A DNA stretch of 64,000 nt from an uncultured SAR86 cluster bacterium (GCA_902619265.1 CACNDL010000003.1:575-64574), one strand, 5' to 3'; shown: positions 1-9,632, numbered from the stretch's first letter. The notes: generated from the letters alone by a model not told the origin. A program made the numbers and translations.

Positions 1-294
1 GTTTTACCAACTCTACATGAAACGTTATCGCTTGTTCTTCTTGAAGCATCGCTTAATAAACTGTCTTTGATAGCTTCAAATACAGGCGGCATTCCAGAAA
101 TAATTGAACAAGGTTTTAATGGAGACTTAGTAGAGGTTGGTGATGTCAAAGGTATAGAATCTGCTATAAGAAAGCAATTTAATGATCACAGATTGAGAAA
201 TAAATATGGTGAAAATGCTTATAAAAAAGTAAAAGAAAAATTTAATGAAGATAAAATTGCAGATAAAATCAATAAGATTTATGAAAACATTTGA
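1..294 (+). CDS. Glycosyltransferase family 1 (GT-B), C-terminal fragment; 5' end lies outside the window
   Basis: Frame 1 is open from nt 1. Translation VLPTLHETLSLVLLEAS..IASNTGGIPEIIEQGFNG matches the conserved GT-B C-terminal sugar-nucleotide binding region (E..LEA / GGxPE). Confidence 0.8.
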   Translation, partial: VLPTLHETLSLVLLEASLNKLSLIASNTGGIPEIIEQGFNGDLVEVGDVKGIESAIRKQFNDHRLRNKYGENAYKKVKEKFNEDKIADKINKIYENI

Positions 295-297
295 CCC

Positions 298-1530
298 ATG
301 TTAATTAATAGAGGCCTTAGCTACTACTTTTTTTTATTCTCAACTCTAGTATTAGGTTTGATTATAACTTTTCCAGTTATTCAGGCCTTGCCTTTTTATA
401 ACATTTTGTGGGCAAGCATAGTTCCAATATGGTTTATATCCGCACTGCTTTACGATCCATCCTTTCTTAATAAAAATCTGTTTTCTTATATCTCGGTTTT
501 TATGTTTATTTCAATATTGGTATCAATATGTATTGCAACAAACTACATCTTTTTGGCAAATAGATATATTGAGTACTCTTTATTATTTATTTTTCTAATC
601 TCTGCACAAATCATTCTTGGAACACAAGATAGAGAACATAGAAAAAATATTTTCTTTTTCTTTCTGTTTTTTTTCTTAATTACATCTTTAATATCATTTC
701 CAGCATACTTAGCAGGAGGAAGTTACATTGCTCGTACAGCAGAATTAGGGACAACAGAAGGAAGAGCACTGCTTGCTATGGGTATTGGTGGTTATAACTT
801 TATTTATTCATTAATATTTTTATTTGTGCCACTAATTCTTATATTAAGAGAAAAGATTGGATTATTCTTCAAAATCTTATCAATGTTTTCTATTGCAATA
901 TTTTTGTTGTGCATTATTTTTTCTGGCTTTTTTACTGCTGCCTTCTTGCTAACATTTGCAGTTACTCTCTTTCTAATAATAGGCAGTCTAAAAAAAGATT
1001 TTTTAACATTAGGCCTATTAATTTTGATCCTAATTGCTCCAGTTATAGTCATAGGTATGTATTTCTTCATACAGCTTTTTAATGAAGGTTCATCCACTAA
1101 TTTATTAATTGCCAGGCTTAATGAATTTTATATCTTACTTAATACTGGTGATGTTGAGCTCTCAATTGGAAGTAGATTAGAGAGATTAGGGATAACTCTT
1201 GAAATAATTGAGTCATTTCCTTTAACTGGTTTCATATTTTCAGGGAAAGTTGCTCTTGCTGGTGAGCATTCATTTATTTTAGATAGTTTTGCATATTTTG
1301 GAATTTTTGGAGGATTATTAAATTTATTTTTTTTTATAATATTGCCTTTATATGTTTTAAATCAATACACTCCACTAAGGTTCAGTGCTCAACATTCAAT
1401 CACTTTTATTTTATTTATTGTGTTTCTAATGCTGAATAACATGACTTCTAGTGTGTGTTTTGTAATTTTTTTCCTTATTATGATGTTTGACTTTTATGAA
1501 AATGAAAAAGCTAGTAAAAAGTATAGTTAA
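298..1530 (+). CDS. Polytopic membrane protein, Wzy-like repeat-unit polymerase / O-antigen ligase family
   Basis: 410 aa and almost entirely hydrophobic (10 or more predicted TM segments) with one larger loop. Sits between glycosyltransferase and acetyltransferase genes in a polysaccharide locus. Confidence 0.55.
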   Translation: MLINRGLSYYFFLFSTLVLGLIITFPVIQALPFYNILWASIVPIWFISALLYDPSFLNKNLFSYISVFMFISILVSICIATNYIFLANRYIEYSLLFIFLISAQIILGTQDREHRKNIFFFFLFFFLITSLISFPAYLAGGSYIARTAELGTTEGRALLAMGIGGYNFIYSLIFLFVPLILILREKIGLFFKILSMFSIAIFLLCIIFSGFFTAAFLLTFAVTLFLIIGSLKKDFLTLGLLILILIAPVIVIGMYFFIQLFNEGSSTNLLIARLNEFYILLNTGDVELSIGSRLERLGITLEIIESFPLTGFIFSGKVALAGEHSFILDSFAYFGIFGGLLNLFFFIILPLYVLNQYTPLRFSAQHSITFILFIVFLMLNNMTSSVCFVIFFLIMMFDFYENEKASKKYS

Positions 1531-2101
1531 TTTTATTCACTCTAAGGTAACACATAGTTTCTTAAAATTTTTCTCAGTTATGTATGTGGTCTTAATTTAT
1601 CTTTTCTTTGGAAAGAAAATAGCTTTTGGTGCAATAAGACAATTACCAGGCGTATCAATTCCAACAGTACTTAAAGCTTTTGGTGCTGATATTGGGAGAA
1701 ATGTAAATTTTTATGGTGGCCTACACCTTCACAATGTCTCAAGTCTCAAAAATTTATCAATTGGAAATAATGTAGATATAGGGAAAAATTGCTTTCTTGA
1801 TATACGTGATAAAATCACAATCAGCGATAATTCTACATTATCAATGCATGTCAAAATTATTTCTCACTTAGATTTAGGAAATTCACAACTTTCAAAATTG
1901 TACCCAAACACATCTGAGAGCGTCTTTTTGGGCAAAAATGTGTATGTTGGTATTTCTTCTATAATTTTAAAGGGAGTAACAATTGGTCCTAATTCTTTAG
2001 TAGCTGCACAAAGTCTTGTAGATAAATCATTTTCTGAACAATCTCTAATTGCAGGAACTCCAGCAGTATTTAAAAGGAAAATTGATCTTAATTCATCGTA
2101 A
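1487..2101 (+). CDS. Left-handed beta-helix (hexapeptide repeat) sugar O-acetyltransferase, WcaF/LacA-like
   Basis: Repeated [LIV]-G-x4 hexapeptides (IGRNVNF, IGNNVDIGKNCFL, VFLGKNVYVGISSIILKGVTIGPNSLVAA). The start overlaps the end of the Wzy-like gene; alternative Met codons at 1496 and 1502. Confidence 0.8.
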   Translation: MTFMKMKKLVKSIVNFIHSKVTHSFLKFFSVMYVVLIYLFFGKKIAFGAIRQLPGVSIPTVLKAFGADIGRNVNFYGGLHLHNVSSLKNLSIGNNVDIGKNCFLDIRDKITISDNSTLSMHVKIISHLDLGNSQLSKLYPNTSESVFLGKNVYVGISSIILKGVTIGPNSLVAAQSLVDKSFSEQSLIAGTPAVFKRKIDLNSS

Positions 2102-2235
2102 TGGTTAGCTTATTTAAAAAAATGGTAAAGGATTTTGCCATATTGAGTACTGCAAGATTATTTGAATTCTTTCTTAATGCAGATGAAACAAAATGGTTGG
2201 CATTAAAATTCAAAAAAATTATTCCATACATATGA
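2101..2235 (+). CDS. Unannotated 44-codon ORF (MVSLFKKMVKDFAILSTARLFEFFLNADETKWLALKFKKIIPYI), small protein or gene remnant
   Basis: Its ATG overlaps the upstream TAA (TAATG at 2099-2103). Its TGA overlaps the downstream ATG (ATGA at 2232-2235). Below the length cutoff of the ORF track. Confidence 0.25.
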   Translation: MVSLFKKMVKDFAILSTARLFEFFLNADETKWLALKFKKIIPYI

Positions 2236-3368
2236 AGAGAGTACTAATAATAGCTAATTCGTCTTTTACAATTTTTAATTTTAGATCTGAGCTAATTTCA
2301 AGATTAAAGGAGCTCAATTGCGAAATTCATGTAGCATGCCCTCAAATACCTATCAATAAATATAAAAAGGAAATCAAAGATTATCTCAAGGAAATGAAAA
2401 TTCAATACCATGAGCTAAAAATAGACAGATCAGCTTTAAACCCGATTTCAGACCTGTTCTTAATTTTAAAGATTACAAAGATAATGAAAAAAATTAAACC
2501 ACATATTGTGCTCAGTTATACAATTAAAGCGAATATTTATGCTTTATTAGCATCAGCCTTTTTCAATAAAATTAAAGTTTTTCCAAACATAACAGGTTTA
2601 GGTTATGTATTTATAAATAACGATTTATTCACAAGATTTATCAGATTAGTTGTTAATTTCCAGTACAGAATTGCTTTTAAATTTAGCCAAAAGGTCTTCT
2701 TTCAGAATTATGATGATATGAATACTTTTAAGTTAAATGGCTTATTGAATGGAGTTAAAACAAAAAAAATTAATGGCTCTGGAGTGAATCTTGAAAGGTT
2801 TTCTTCATCCGGAACAAAGAAGGATAATTTAAGCTTTATATTTGTTGGGAGACTGTTAAAAGATAAAGGTATTTATGAATATATTGACGCTGCAAGGATA
2901 ATTAAGGAAAAATATCCTTCAGCAAAATTTAGAGTACTTGGTGAGCTAGATAATAACCCTACAAGTCTGAATGCTGACGAATTAAATTTGCTTCTTGATG
3001 AAAAAATTATCGAATATATTTCTGATGGAGATGTGTATAAATGGCTTGATAGATCAGAAGTATTCGTTTTGCCCTCCTATAGAGAGGGTACTCCAAAATC
3101 AACATTAGAAGCACTATCAATGGGACTTCCTATAATCACGACAGATGTGCCAGGTTGCAGAGAAACAATCGAAGATGAGGTCAATGGTTACTTAATTAAA
3201 GACAAAGATGAGAAAGCTCTTGCTGAAGCAATAGAAAAATTTATAAAAAATAGAGATCTTATTTATAGTATGGGGCTTAAGTCTCGTGAATTGGCTGAGT
3301 CTAAGTTTGACGTTAATAAAGTAGTTGAAGTTATAATTGATGAATTAGAGTTATCGGTCAATAGATGA
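2232..3368 (+). CDS. Glycosyltransferase family 4 (GT-B, GT1 clan)
   Basis: MKRVLIIANSS N-terminus typical of GT4. C-terminal VLPSYREGTPKSTLEALSMGLPIITTDVPGCRE motif (E-x7-E). The ATG at 2232 is preferred over the ORF-track start at 2193. Confidence 0.85.
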   Translation: MKRVLIIANSSFTIFNFRSELISRLKELNCEIHVACPQIPINKYKKEIKDYLKEMKIQYHELKIDRSALNPISDLFLILKITKIMKKIKPHIVLSYTIKANIYALLASAFFNKIKVFPNITGLGYVFINNDLFTRFIRLVVNFQYRIAFKFSQKVFFQNYDDMNTFKLNGLLNGVKTKKINGSGVNLERFSSSGTKKDNLSFIFVGRLLKDKGIYEYIDAARIIKEKYPSAKFRVLGELDNNPTSLNADELNLLLDEKIIEYISDGDVYKWLDRSEVFVLPSYREGTPKSTLEALSMGLPIITTDVPGCRETIEDEVNGYLIKDKDEKALAEAIEKFIKNRDLIYSMGLKSRELAESKFDVNKVVEVIIDELELSVNR

Positions 3369-4366
3369 GCATATATTTTTCACTATTCTTTTTAACATTT
3401 CTACTCACTTTTTTCTTTAAAGAAATCGCCATAAAAAGAAATAATTTAGATATCCCTAATGAAAGAAGTCTTCATACAATACCAGTTCCGAGAAATGGTG
3501 GATTTTCAATTGTAATTATTTTTTTAAGCTGCCTATTATTTTTTTATTTCAACTCTTTAACTAGCATTGAAGTGATAAAAACCATTCTGCCTGCTTCATT
3601 TCTAATTGCATTGGTAGGGTATCTTGACGATCTTTACGATATTTCACCTCTTGTAAGACTACTATTTCATTTTTTCAGCGCTTTTTTAGTTTTATGTTTT
3701 ATGGGGGGGTTACCTAAAATTATAATTTTTGATTTTGAGCTAAACCTCATACCAGGAAATTTTATTATAGGCTTACTGATAATTGTTTGGGTTACAAATT
3801 TGTTTAATTTCATGGATGGGATAAATGGGTTAGCTGGAAGTCAAGTTGTTGTAAATAATCTTATAGTTGGCTTGATATCAATAATTTACTTTGGTTTGGA
3901 TAATTTTGTACTAATTAGTTTCTCATTAGCAGCAATATGTTCTGGATTTTTAATTTGGAACTTTCCTAATGCAAAAGTTTTTCTTGGTGATGTTGGTAGC
4001 AGTTTTTTGGGGTTCTTATCAGGAACATTCTTCCTTTTATATGGACATCAACATGAAGATCTTTTTTGGATATGGCTGATTATGTTTGGAGTATTTATTG
4101 TCGATTCAACCTATACTCTCATAATAAGAGCTTTCAACAAGAAAAAAGTATATATAGCTCACAGATTACATGCATATCAAAAAGCAACGGTAATTTTAAA
4201 TTCACATTCAAGGGTAACTCTAATTATTATTGCGATAAATTTAGTTTTCTTAACTCCTATATCAATCTTTGTAGCAATGAATTTAATTGATGGTTTTACA
4301 GGTGTATGCTTAGCTTATTTGCCTTTATTAATAATAGCTATGAGATTAAAAGCTGGACAAGAGTAA
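3365..4366 (+). CDS. Polyprenyl-phosphate N-acetylhexosamine-1-phosphate transferase (MraY/WecA/WbpL family), initiating transferase
   Basis: About 10-11 TM segments. Motifs DDLYD and NLFNFMDGINGLAG are diagnostic of the MraY/WecA superfamily. ATGA overlap with the upstream glycosyltransferase. Confidence 0.85.
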   Translation: MSIYFSLFFLTFLLTFFFKEIAIKRNNLDIPNERSLHTIPVPRNGGFSIVIIFLSCLLFFYFNSLTSIEVIKTILPASFLIALVGYLDDLYDISPLVRLLFHFFSAFLVLCFMGGLPKIIIFDFELNLIPGNFIIGLLIIVWVTNLFNFMDGINGLAGSQVVVNNLIVGLISIIYFGLDNFVLISFSLAAICSGFLIWNFPNAKVFLGDVGSSFLGFLSGTFFLLYGHQHEDLFWIWLIMFGVFIVDSTYTLIIRAFNKKKVYIAHRLHAYQKATVILNSHSRVTLIIIAINLVFLTPISIFVAMNLIDGFTGVCLAYLPLLIIAMRLKAGQE

Positions 4367-4439
4367 GTTTTTTAAAGCTAATCTCTTTTTTATTGAATAA
4401 TAAAAAAATGTATAATTTTTACTCGTAAGAAGTATTAAA

Positions 4440-6314
4440 ATGATTAAAGAATTTCTTGATTACCTTGTAAGCCTAAATAAATATGCCAAAGGAGCTGTTA
4501 TAAGGTTGAATGATCTTATATGTTTCGCATTTGGATGGGTAATATTTGTTACTGTGCCATCATTTTTATCAAAGCTAGATGTTCTTTCATACGGCATGAT
4601 CTTTAATTTTTTTGTGCCATTTGTAATCTATTTAATTCTTATGCAGGTAACGAATGGTTATAAATCCCTAGTGAGAAAATTTAATATCCAAAGCTTATTT
4701 CCATTGCTTATTTCTGTCAGTGCTTTTTTTGTCAGCTCAGTTTTATTAAATATAAGAGAAGCTGTTCATGAACGTGCTGCAATAAATTCAATTATTTCCT
4801 CTATTTCTGTTAGCTCATTGTCATCAATACTTTTAATTGGTACCAGATATCTTTTTAAATCAATCATTGATTATGATGTAGGAAGTAATGTAAAAAAAGT
4901 TTTTATATACGGTTTCGGCTCAAGTGCTCAAGAATTATATGCATCACTTTCTTTTGACAAAAGCACAAAGGTAATAGGCTTTATATCAAATAAAAAGGAA
5001 GATATTGATAGAGAATACTTGGGTGTAAAAATTTATTCTTTAAAAGGGTTCAAAAAAAATTTTAGTTCTAGGGATAAACTGTCGGTATACATTGCTGATA
5101 GAGGTATTACTACACTTGAAAACAATAATATTGTTGAGGTATGTATAGCCAATGGATATGAAGTTAAAAAAATACTTTCATTTTCAGAGATGCTGAAAGA
5201 AAAAGAAGTTTTGCTTGAAGATTTATCTATATCAGACTTAATACCTCGTACAAATCTAGATGAATTGAATCAAGAACTTACTGCAATTAATGACAAGAAA
5301 ATTTTAATCACAGGTGCTGGAGGTTCAATTGGTTCAGAACTTTCTAGACTAATATCTAGAAATAAAGTCAAACATTTGATTCTTATTGATGTTTCAGAGT
5401 CAGCACTTTTTTCAATATTAAACGAGATAAAAGAGATTAAACTAAACTGCAAGCTTACCGGAATTATACAAGATATAAAGGATCATGATTCAATGGATAA
5501 AATATTTAAGGAATTTAAACCTGATATTGTTTACCATGCTGCAGCTTATAAACATGTACCTCTTCTTGAAACAAAATTTAATTATAAGGCGGCCTTTAAT
5601 AACAATTTTTTTGGTACTTGTAACTTGGTTGATCTAGCAATAAAGAACGGAATCAGCCAATTTATATTCATTTCAACTGACAAAGCAGTTAGACCAACCA
5701 ACATAATGGGCTCCTCGAAACGTCTAGCAGAGATTTACTTGCAGAAAAAAAATAAAGAAAAACATGGAACTGAAATTTCCTCTGTCAGGTTTGGAAATGT
5801 TCTCGAATCATCTGGATCAGTGGTTCCAATCTTTAGAAACCAAATTAAAAATGGTGGCCCTGTTAGTGTTACGCATCCTGAAATTACAAGGTACTTCATG
5901 ACTATTTCTGAGGCAGCATACCTTGTAGTTATTTCATCTATCCTCTGTAAAAACAATAAACAAAAAGGCATCTATATGCTTAAAATGGGCGATCCTGTGA
6001 AGATTGTAGATATAGCAAAGAGATTAATAAAATTATCAGGACAGAATGTAAAAGATGAACAAAATAAAGATGGGATTGAAATCATTTTCACAGGCCTTCG
6101 ACCAGGAGAAAAATTATATGAAGAGTTATTGGTATCAGAAAATGATGTGAGCACAGACCATCAAAAAGTATTCATGGATACAAACGAGATTAATATTTCT
6201 ATTGATGAACTGCAAGAGCTATCAGAGAAGATCAAACAACACCTTAAAGAAGACAAATTAAAAGATATTAAAGAAATTCTGCATAATTTAATCGAATACA
6301 ATCCGACTATTTAA
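4440..6314 (+). CDS. Membrane-anchored nucleotide-sugar 4,6-dehydratase/epimerase (CapD/WbpM/PglF family)
   Basis: N-terminal TM segments followed by Rossmann ILITGAGGSIGSEL, catalytic YxxxK (AAAYKHVP) and STDKAV motifs. Length (624 aa) is typical of WbpM/PglF. Confidence 0.85.
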   Translation: MIKEFLDYLVSLNKYAKGAVIRLNDLICFAFGWVIFVTVPSFLSKLDVLSYGMIFNFFVPFVIYLILMQVTNGYKSLVRKFNIQSLFPLLISVSAFFVSSVLLNIREAVHERAAINSIISSISVSSLSSILLIGTRYLFKSIIDYDVGSNVKKVFIYGFGSSAQELYASLSFDKSTKVIGFISNKKEDIDREYLGVKIYSLKGFKKNFSSRDKLSVYIADRGITTLENNNIVEVCIANGYEVKKILSFSEMLKEKEVLLEDLSISDLIPRTNLDELNQELTAINDKKILITGAGGSIGSELSRLISRNKVKHLILIDVSESALFSILNEIKEIKLNCKLTGIIQDIKDHDSMDKIFKEFKPDIVYHAAAYKHVPLLETKFNYKAAFNNNFFGTCNLVDLAIKNGISQFIFISTDKAVRPTNIMGSSKRLAEIYLQKKNKEKHGTEISSVRFGNVLESSGSVVPIFRNQIKNGGPVSVTHPEITRYFMTISEAAYLVVISSILCKNNKQKGIYMLKMGDPVKIVDIAKRLIKLSGQNVKDEQNKDGIEIIFTGLRPGEKLYEELLVSENDVSTDHQKVFMDTNEINISIDELQELSEKIKQHLKEDKLKDIKEILHNLIEYNPTI

Positions 6315-6732
6315 ATTTGTATAGCTCACAAACCTCTTTTATATCTTCCATGACTCTTATATATGCCTCCTCATTATAATGAAAAGGATCAGATAGGTTT
6401 TTATTTGGACTAACGCTCGAAAGAAGTTTTATTTTGCTTCTATATTTAGGAAATAGTTTATTTAATTGCATCAACACAATAATATCTAATGCATAAATTA
6501 CATCCGATTCTTTCATGATTCTATTATTAATTCGTTGAGGGGAATGAAGTGTATTTTTAAAACCTATTTTATGTAGAAACTTTTGCGATCTTGGGTCCAT
6601 GCTTGCTTTAGGTAACGGATCAATGCCACAGGACTGAACATATGCTTTTCCCATGAGATTTTTTTTTAATATTGCTTCAGCTACAGGACTTCTGCAGTAA
6701 TTAGCAATGCAAACAACACAAATTTTTTGCAT
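6307..6732 (-). CDS. wzb: Low-molecular-weight protein-tyrosine phosphatase
   Basis: N-terminal CX5R(S) P-loop VCIANYCRSP. 141 aa, immediately downstream of wza and wzc. Confidence 0.85.
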   Translation of the reverse strand: MQKICVVCIANYCRSPVAEAILKKNLMGKAYVQSCGIDPLPKASMDPRSQKFLHKIGFKNTLHSPQRINNRIMKESDVIYALDIIVLMQLNKLFPKYRSKIKLLSSVSPNKNLSDPFHYNEEAYIRVMEDIKEVCELYKFK

Positions 6733-6736
6733 TAAA

Positions 6737-7552
6737 TTAATCTTGGAGTAGATTGTCTACACTGTTTAGAAATGAGGAAAATGGGAAGAATTGAGATATA
6801 ACTCTATTCCATCTTGTTGTGCCTTTAGCATTCACATAGACTATGTCATTATTTTTTAAATAAAAATTACCAGCTTCTACAAACCCTGCTGGTGAAGATA
6901 AATCTGCTTTGAAAATTCTAGCTCCATTGATGTCATTATTTCTTATTATAAAAACTTCTGATCCAGACGATGTATTGGTATTTAAACCTCTAACTTCCCC
7001 TAGCGCATCAGCTAAAGATAAAGGGATATCTGTTATATTAATTTTTTCTGGTCTTGTAACTTCACCGAGTAAATAAACTTTTTGCGAGTTAAATCTAGCA
7101 ATTGAAATATCCAATTGTGGATCAGTAAAATATTCTGATAATTTTTTTCTAAGATCTTCTCTCAAATCATTTTGAGATTTTCCTGCTGCTTTAATTATTC
7201 CTGCATAAGGAAAATATATATCACCGTTTGAATCAACTCTTCTAAGATTTAAATCAGGACTAATACTTGAAAGTGGGAAAATTTCAGGTAGACCCCAAAC
7301 TGTTATGCTAATTTGATCACCATTTCCTATTCGATAAGTAATATCACTAGTTTTATCGAAGCTAAAGTTATCTTTTATATTTTCAATCTCAACTCTTTTA
7401 TCTAAAGATTCAATAAACACATAATTTTTTGAAGATCCTAAATCGCTGCTTGTATTCATATGCATCCCTGGTGACAGGCTACAGCCTGCTAATAAAAACA
7501 ATAGCAGCAGGGATGAAGATCTAGTTTTCTTTATCATAATCATAGTTTTCAT
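6737..7552 (-). CDS. wza: Outer-membrane polysaccharide export lipoprotein (Wza/OPX family)
   Basis: Lipobox LLFLLAGC after a basic N-terminus. PES motif region (ISITVWGLPE..., GDIYFPYAGIIKAAGKS). Start set at an internal Met (7552; 7543 or 7537 also possible) because the long ORF-track N-terminus overlaps wzc. Confidence 0.8.
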   Translation of the reverse strand: MKTMIMIKKTRSSSLLLLFLLAGCSLSPGMHMNTSSDLGSSKNYVFIESLDKRVEIENIKDNFSFDKTSDITYRIGNGDQISITVWGLPEIFPLSSISPDLNLRRVDSNGDIYFPYAGIIKAAGKSQNDLREDLRKKLSEYFTDPQLDISIARFNSQKVYLLGEVTRPEKINITDIPLSLADALGEVRGLNTNTSSGSEVFIIRNNDINGARIFKADLSSPAGFVEAGNFYLKNNDIVYVNAKGTTRWNRVISQFFPFSSFLNSVDNLLQD

Positions 7553-9632
7553 ATAAATATTTTTGAGCGTAATATTGGTAAGAATAGTTGCCGTAAAAAC
7601 CGTAATAACCATAATAACTGGAAGGTTTTTGATAAGCATTGTATACAAACCCATCAAAATCTATACCAATTTGGCTAGCTATTGAAACCATCTGTTTAAT
7701 TTCATTTATCTTAGTCAGTCCGTGTCTGACTATAGCAAGATTTACATCTGAATGGCCCATTAACATTGCTGTATCAGAAACAGAAAGAATAGGTGCTGTG
7801 TCAATTATTATGTAGTCAAAATTCTTTTTAAATAATTCCAATTTATTTATGAATTCCTCTGAATACAGAAACTGAAAACTATTATTAAGTCTTGAGACTT
7901 TGGGGATGAAATAAAAGTTTTCTGTTATCTTCAATTTGTCTAAGTTATCAATATTGATTGTTCTAAAATCTTTAAGGGATATCTTTTCTCTACCAAGAGA
8001 TTTATGTTGATCGCCTCTTTTCATATCAATATCAATAAGAAGTACCTTTTTATTTGTTTGTTGTAGACTTTTTGATAACTCTCTTGCTATGTAAGACTTT
8101 CCATTTTGAGGGGTGGGGCTAGTAATGAGAATAGTTTTAGATTGATTATTTGTTTCTTTGTTCTCAATAGTAGTATTTAAATTAACAATAAGAGATTGAA
8201 GTGATTGTTCATGTTTTTCATTTTCTACATCATTATCAGAATTCTCCTCAGTTAATGGCACTACTCCTAAAATAGGTTGATTTATTGCTCTGTCTGCAAG
8301 CTCAGCTGGGTTTGAAACAGGGATGAAGAATACACCTCTAATAATCGAACCTATTATTGAGATTAAAAAGAAAAGAAAGGTAATAATTATTATTAAAATT
8401 GCTTGAGGCGAAACCTTAGAATCAACATATGCAGTATCAACAATTCTAATATTTCCTAGTGTGCTTGCTTCTTTTATTGAAAATTCTATTTTTTTGCTTA
8501 ACAGCTCAGAATAAACTTCCTCATCTATTTGAATATCCCTATATAAATCTACATATTCTTGTTGAGCTATTGGAAGGCTTTTAATTTTTTGTTCAATATT
8601 AAGTTTTTGATTATATAGAGCATTTTTCTGATCTTCCAGATCAATTAGTATTGGATTTGTAGGTGTGAAAGTATTTGAAGCTGTTGCTATCTCTACATCA
8701 AGTTCAGCTATTCTTTTTTCAACAGCATTGAGGTTTTGCAGAATTGACTCTATCTCGAGTTCTACGTTCACGGACTTATTCACCTCCTGGAATCTCTGTA
8801 AGTTGGTCTTCTCTAGTTCAAGTTTTTCTCTAATAGCATCAGCTCTTTGATCTATGAAATTAATAGCTTTTCTAGCTTTTTTAGACTCAATTTCAACACT
8901 TTGATCAATGAAAGTATCATTATAAAAGTTTAATACTTTCTTTGCCTCTTCAGTATTCTGGGCAATTATACTCACCTCTATTAAGCCATTATTTCTTTGG
9001 TAAAATGATCTTGTTGTTACATTATTTTTGACTTGCATACTTGAGATTAAGCTGTTGATGGCTTTTTCTTCCTCAATAAATCGAAAAGAAATCTCACTTC
9101 CAAACAGATCGACAATTTTTGCAATATTGATAGTTATTCCATTGATATTATAGTCCTGTTGGAATGCCATATCTTTCGTAATCGAATCACCAATAATTAA
9201 GCTATAGTCTTTATCCCCTATCTGTAAAATAAACTTCTCATTTGGATCATTTTTTCCATTAAGTTTAATTTTGTTAAAAAGAAGAGAACGATCAATCATC
9301 GGGTTATCAACTCTTACATTAAGCTTCATTTGTTCTACAACTTTTTTGACGTTTGTTCTAGATTTGTAAAGCATTTCTACATTACCTATATCTGATGTAT
9401 TAGCGCCTTGAGTAAATAGTCCTAAAGACACATCATTTAGAGGGTTTGATTGTCCAGCGGTAATTTGAAGTAAAGAAGTAATTCTAAATGTTTTATCAGT
9501 AGTTAAATGATTATAGATTCCCAAAGAAAAACCTAAAAATGAGATAAGAATTATCAGTTTTGATTGCATCATGAGGATTCTAAAGATTTGGCCAATATCT
9601 AGAGAATCATCTGGACTAAAAGAATTATTCAT
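7521..9632 (-). CDS. wzc: Polysaccharide co-polymerase / BY-kinase tyrosine autokinase (Wzc)
   Basis: Two TM segments flank a long coiled-coil periplasmic domain. Walker A ITSPTPQNGKS, Walker B-like YIIIDTAP, and a C-terminal tail with 15 Tyr in the last 40 residues. Confidence 0.88.
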   Translation of the reverse strand: MNNSFSPDDSLDIGQIFRILMMQSKLIILISFLGFSLGIYNHLTTDKTFRITSLLQITAGQSNPLNDVSLGLFTQGANTSDIGNVEMLYKSRTNVKKVVEQMKLNVRVDNPMIDRSLLFNKIKLNGKNDPNEKFILQIGDKDYSLIIGDSITKDMAFQQDYNINGITINIAKIVDLFGSEISFRFIEEEKAINSLISSMQVKNNVTTRSFYQRNNGLIEVSIIAQNTEEAKKVLNFYNDTFIDQSVEIESKKARKAINFIDQRADAIREKLELEKTNLQRFQEVNKSVNVELEIESILQNLNAVEKRIAELDVEIATASNTFTPTNPILIDLEDQKNALYNQKLNIEQKIKSLPIAQQEYVDLYRDIQIDEEVYSELLSKKIEFSIKEASTLGNIRIVDTAYVDSKVSPQAILIIIITFLFFLISIIGSIIRGVFFIPVSNPAELADRAINQPILGVVPLTEENSDNDVENEKHEQSLQSLIVNLNTTIENKETNNQSKTILITSPTPQNGKSYIARELSKSLQQTNKKVLLIDIDMKRGDQHKSLGREKISLKDFRTINIDNLDKLKITENFYFIPKVSRLNNSFQFLYSEEFINKLELFKKNFDYIIIDTAPILSVSDTAMLMGHSDVNLAIVRHGLTKINEIKQMVSIASQIGIDFDGFVYNAYQKPSSYYGYYGFYGNYSYQYYAQKYLYENYDYDKEN

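Larger units (their letters stand above)
1..9632. other. Wzy-dependent surface polysaccharide (capsule/O-antigen) biosynthesis and export locus
   Basis: Contiguous glycosyltransferases, Wzy-like polymerase, acetyltransferase, WecA-type initiating transferase and CapD/WbpM dehydratase on +. wzc-wza-wzb on -. No Wzx flippase seen in the window. Confidence 0.8.

Noticed and set aside
804-1097. Antisense or alternative-frame ORFs nested in longer genes. Examples from the ORF track: 804-1097(-), 4066-4290(+), 5270-5452(-), 5735-6154(-), 8665-8850(+), 12565-13161(-), 14035-14463(-), 17214-17432(-), 18124-18348(+), 30110-30994(+), 43001-43627(+), 43697-44017(-), 54891-55488(-), 60286-60522(+), 61666-61890(+)
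   Set aside because: Each lies entirely inside, or mostly inside, a longer ORF on the other strand or frame that has clear family motifs. Their translations are low-complexity (Ser/Leu/Phe/Ile-rich) with no recognisable motifs, as expected for shadow ORFs in AT-rich DNA.
4367-4439. TTGAAT ... TATAAT promoter upstream of the CapD/WbpM-like gene
   Set aside because: The two hexamers are separated by only 12 nt, which is outside the functional 16-19 nt range. A real promoter may exist here, but this pairing does not support it.
7553-7657. Extended Wza N-terminus overlapping 137 nt of wzc
   Set aside because: A standard lipoprotein signal peptide (basic residues, hydrophobic core, LLAGC lipobox) begins at the internal Met codons (7552, 7543 or 7537). 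The upstream part is probably just the open alternative frame of the Tyr-rich wzc tail.
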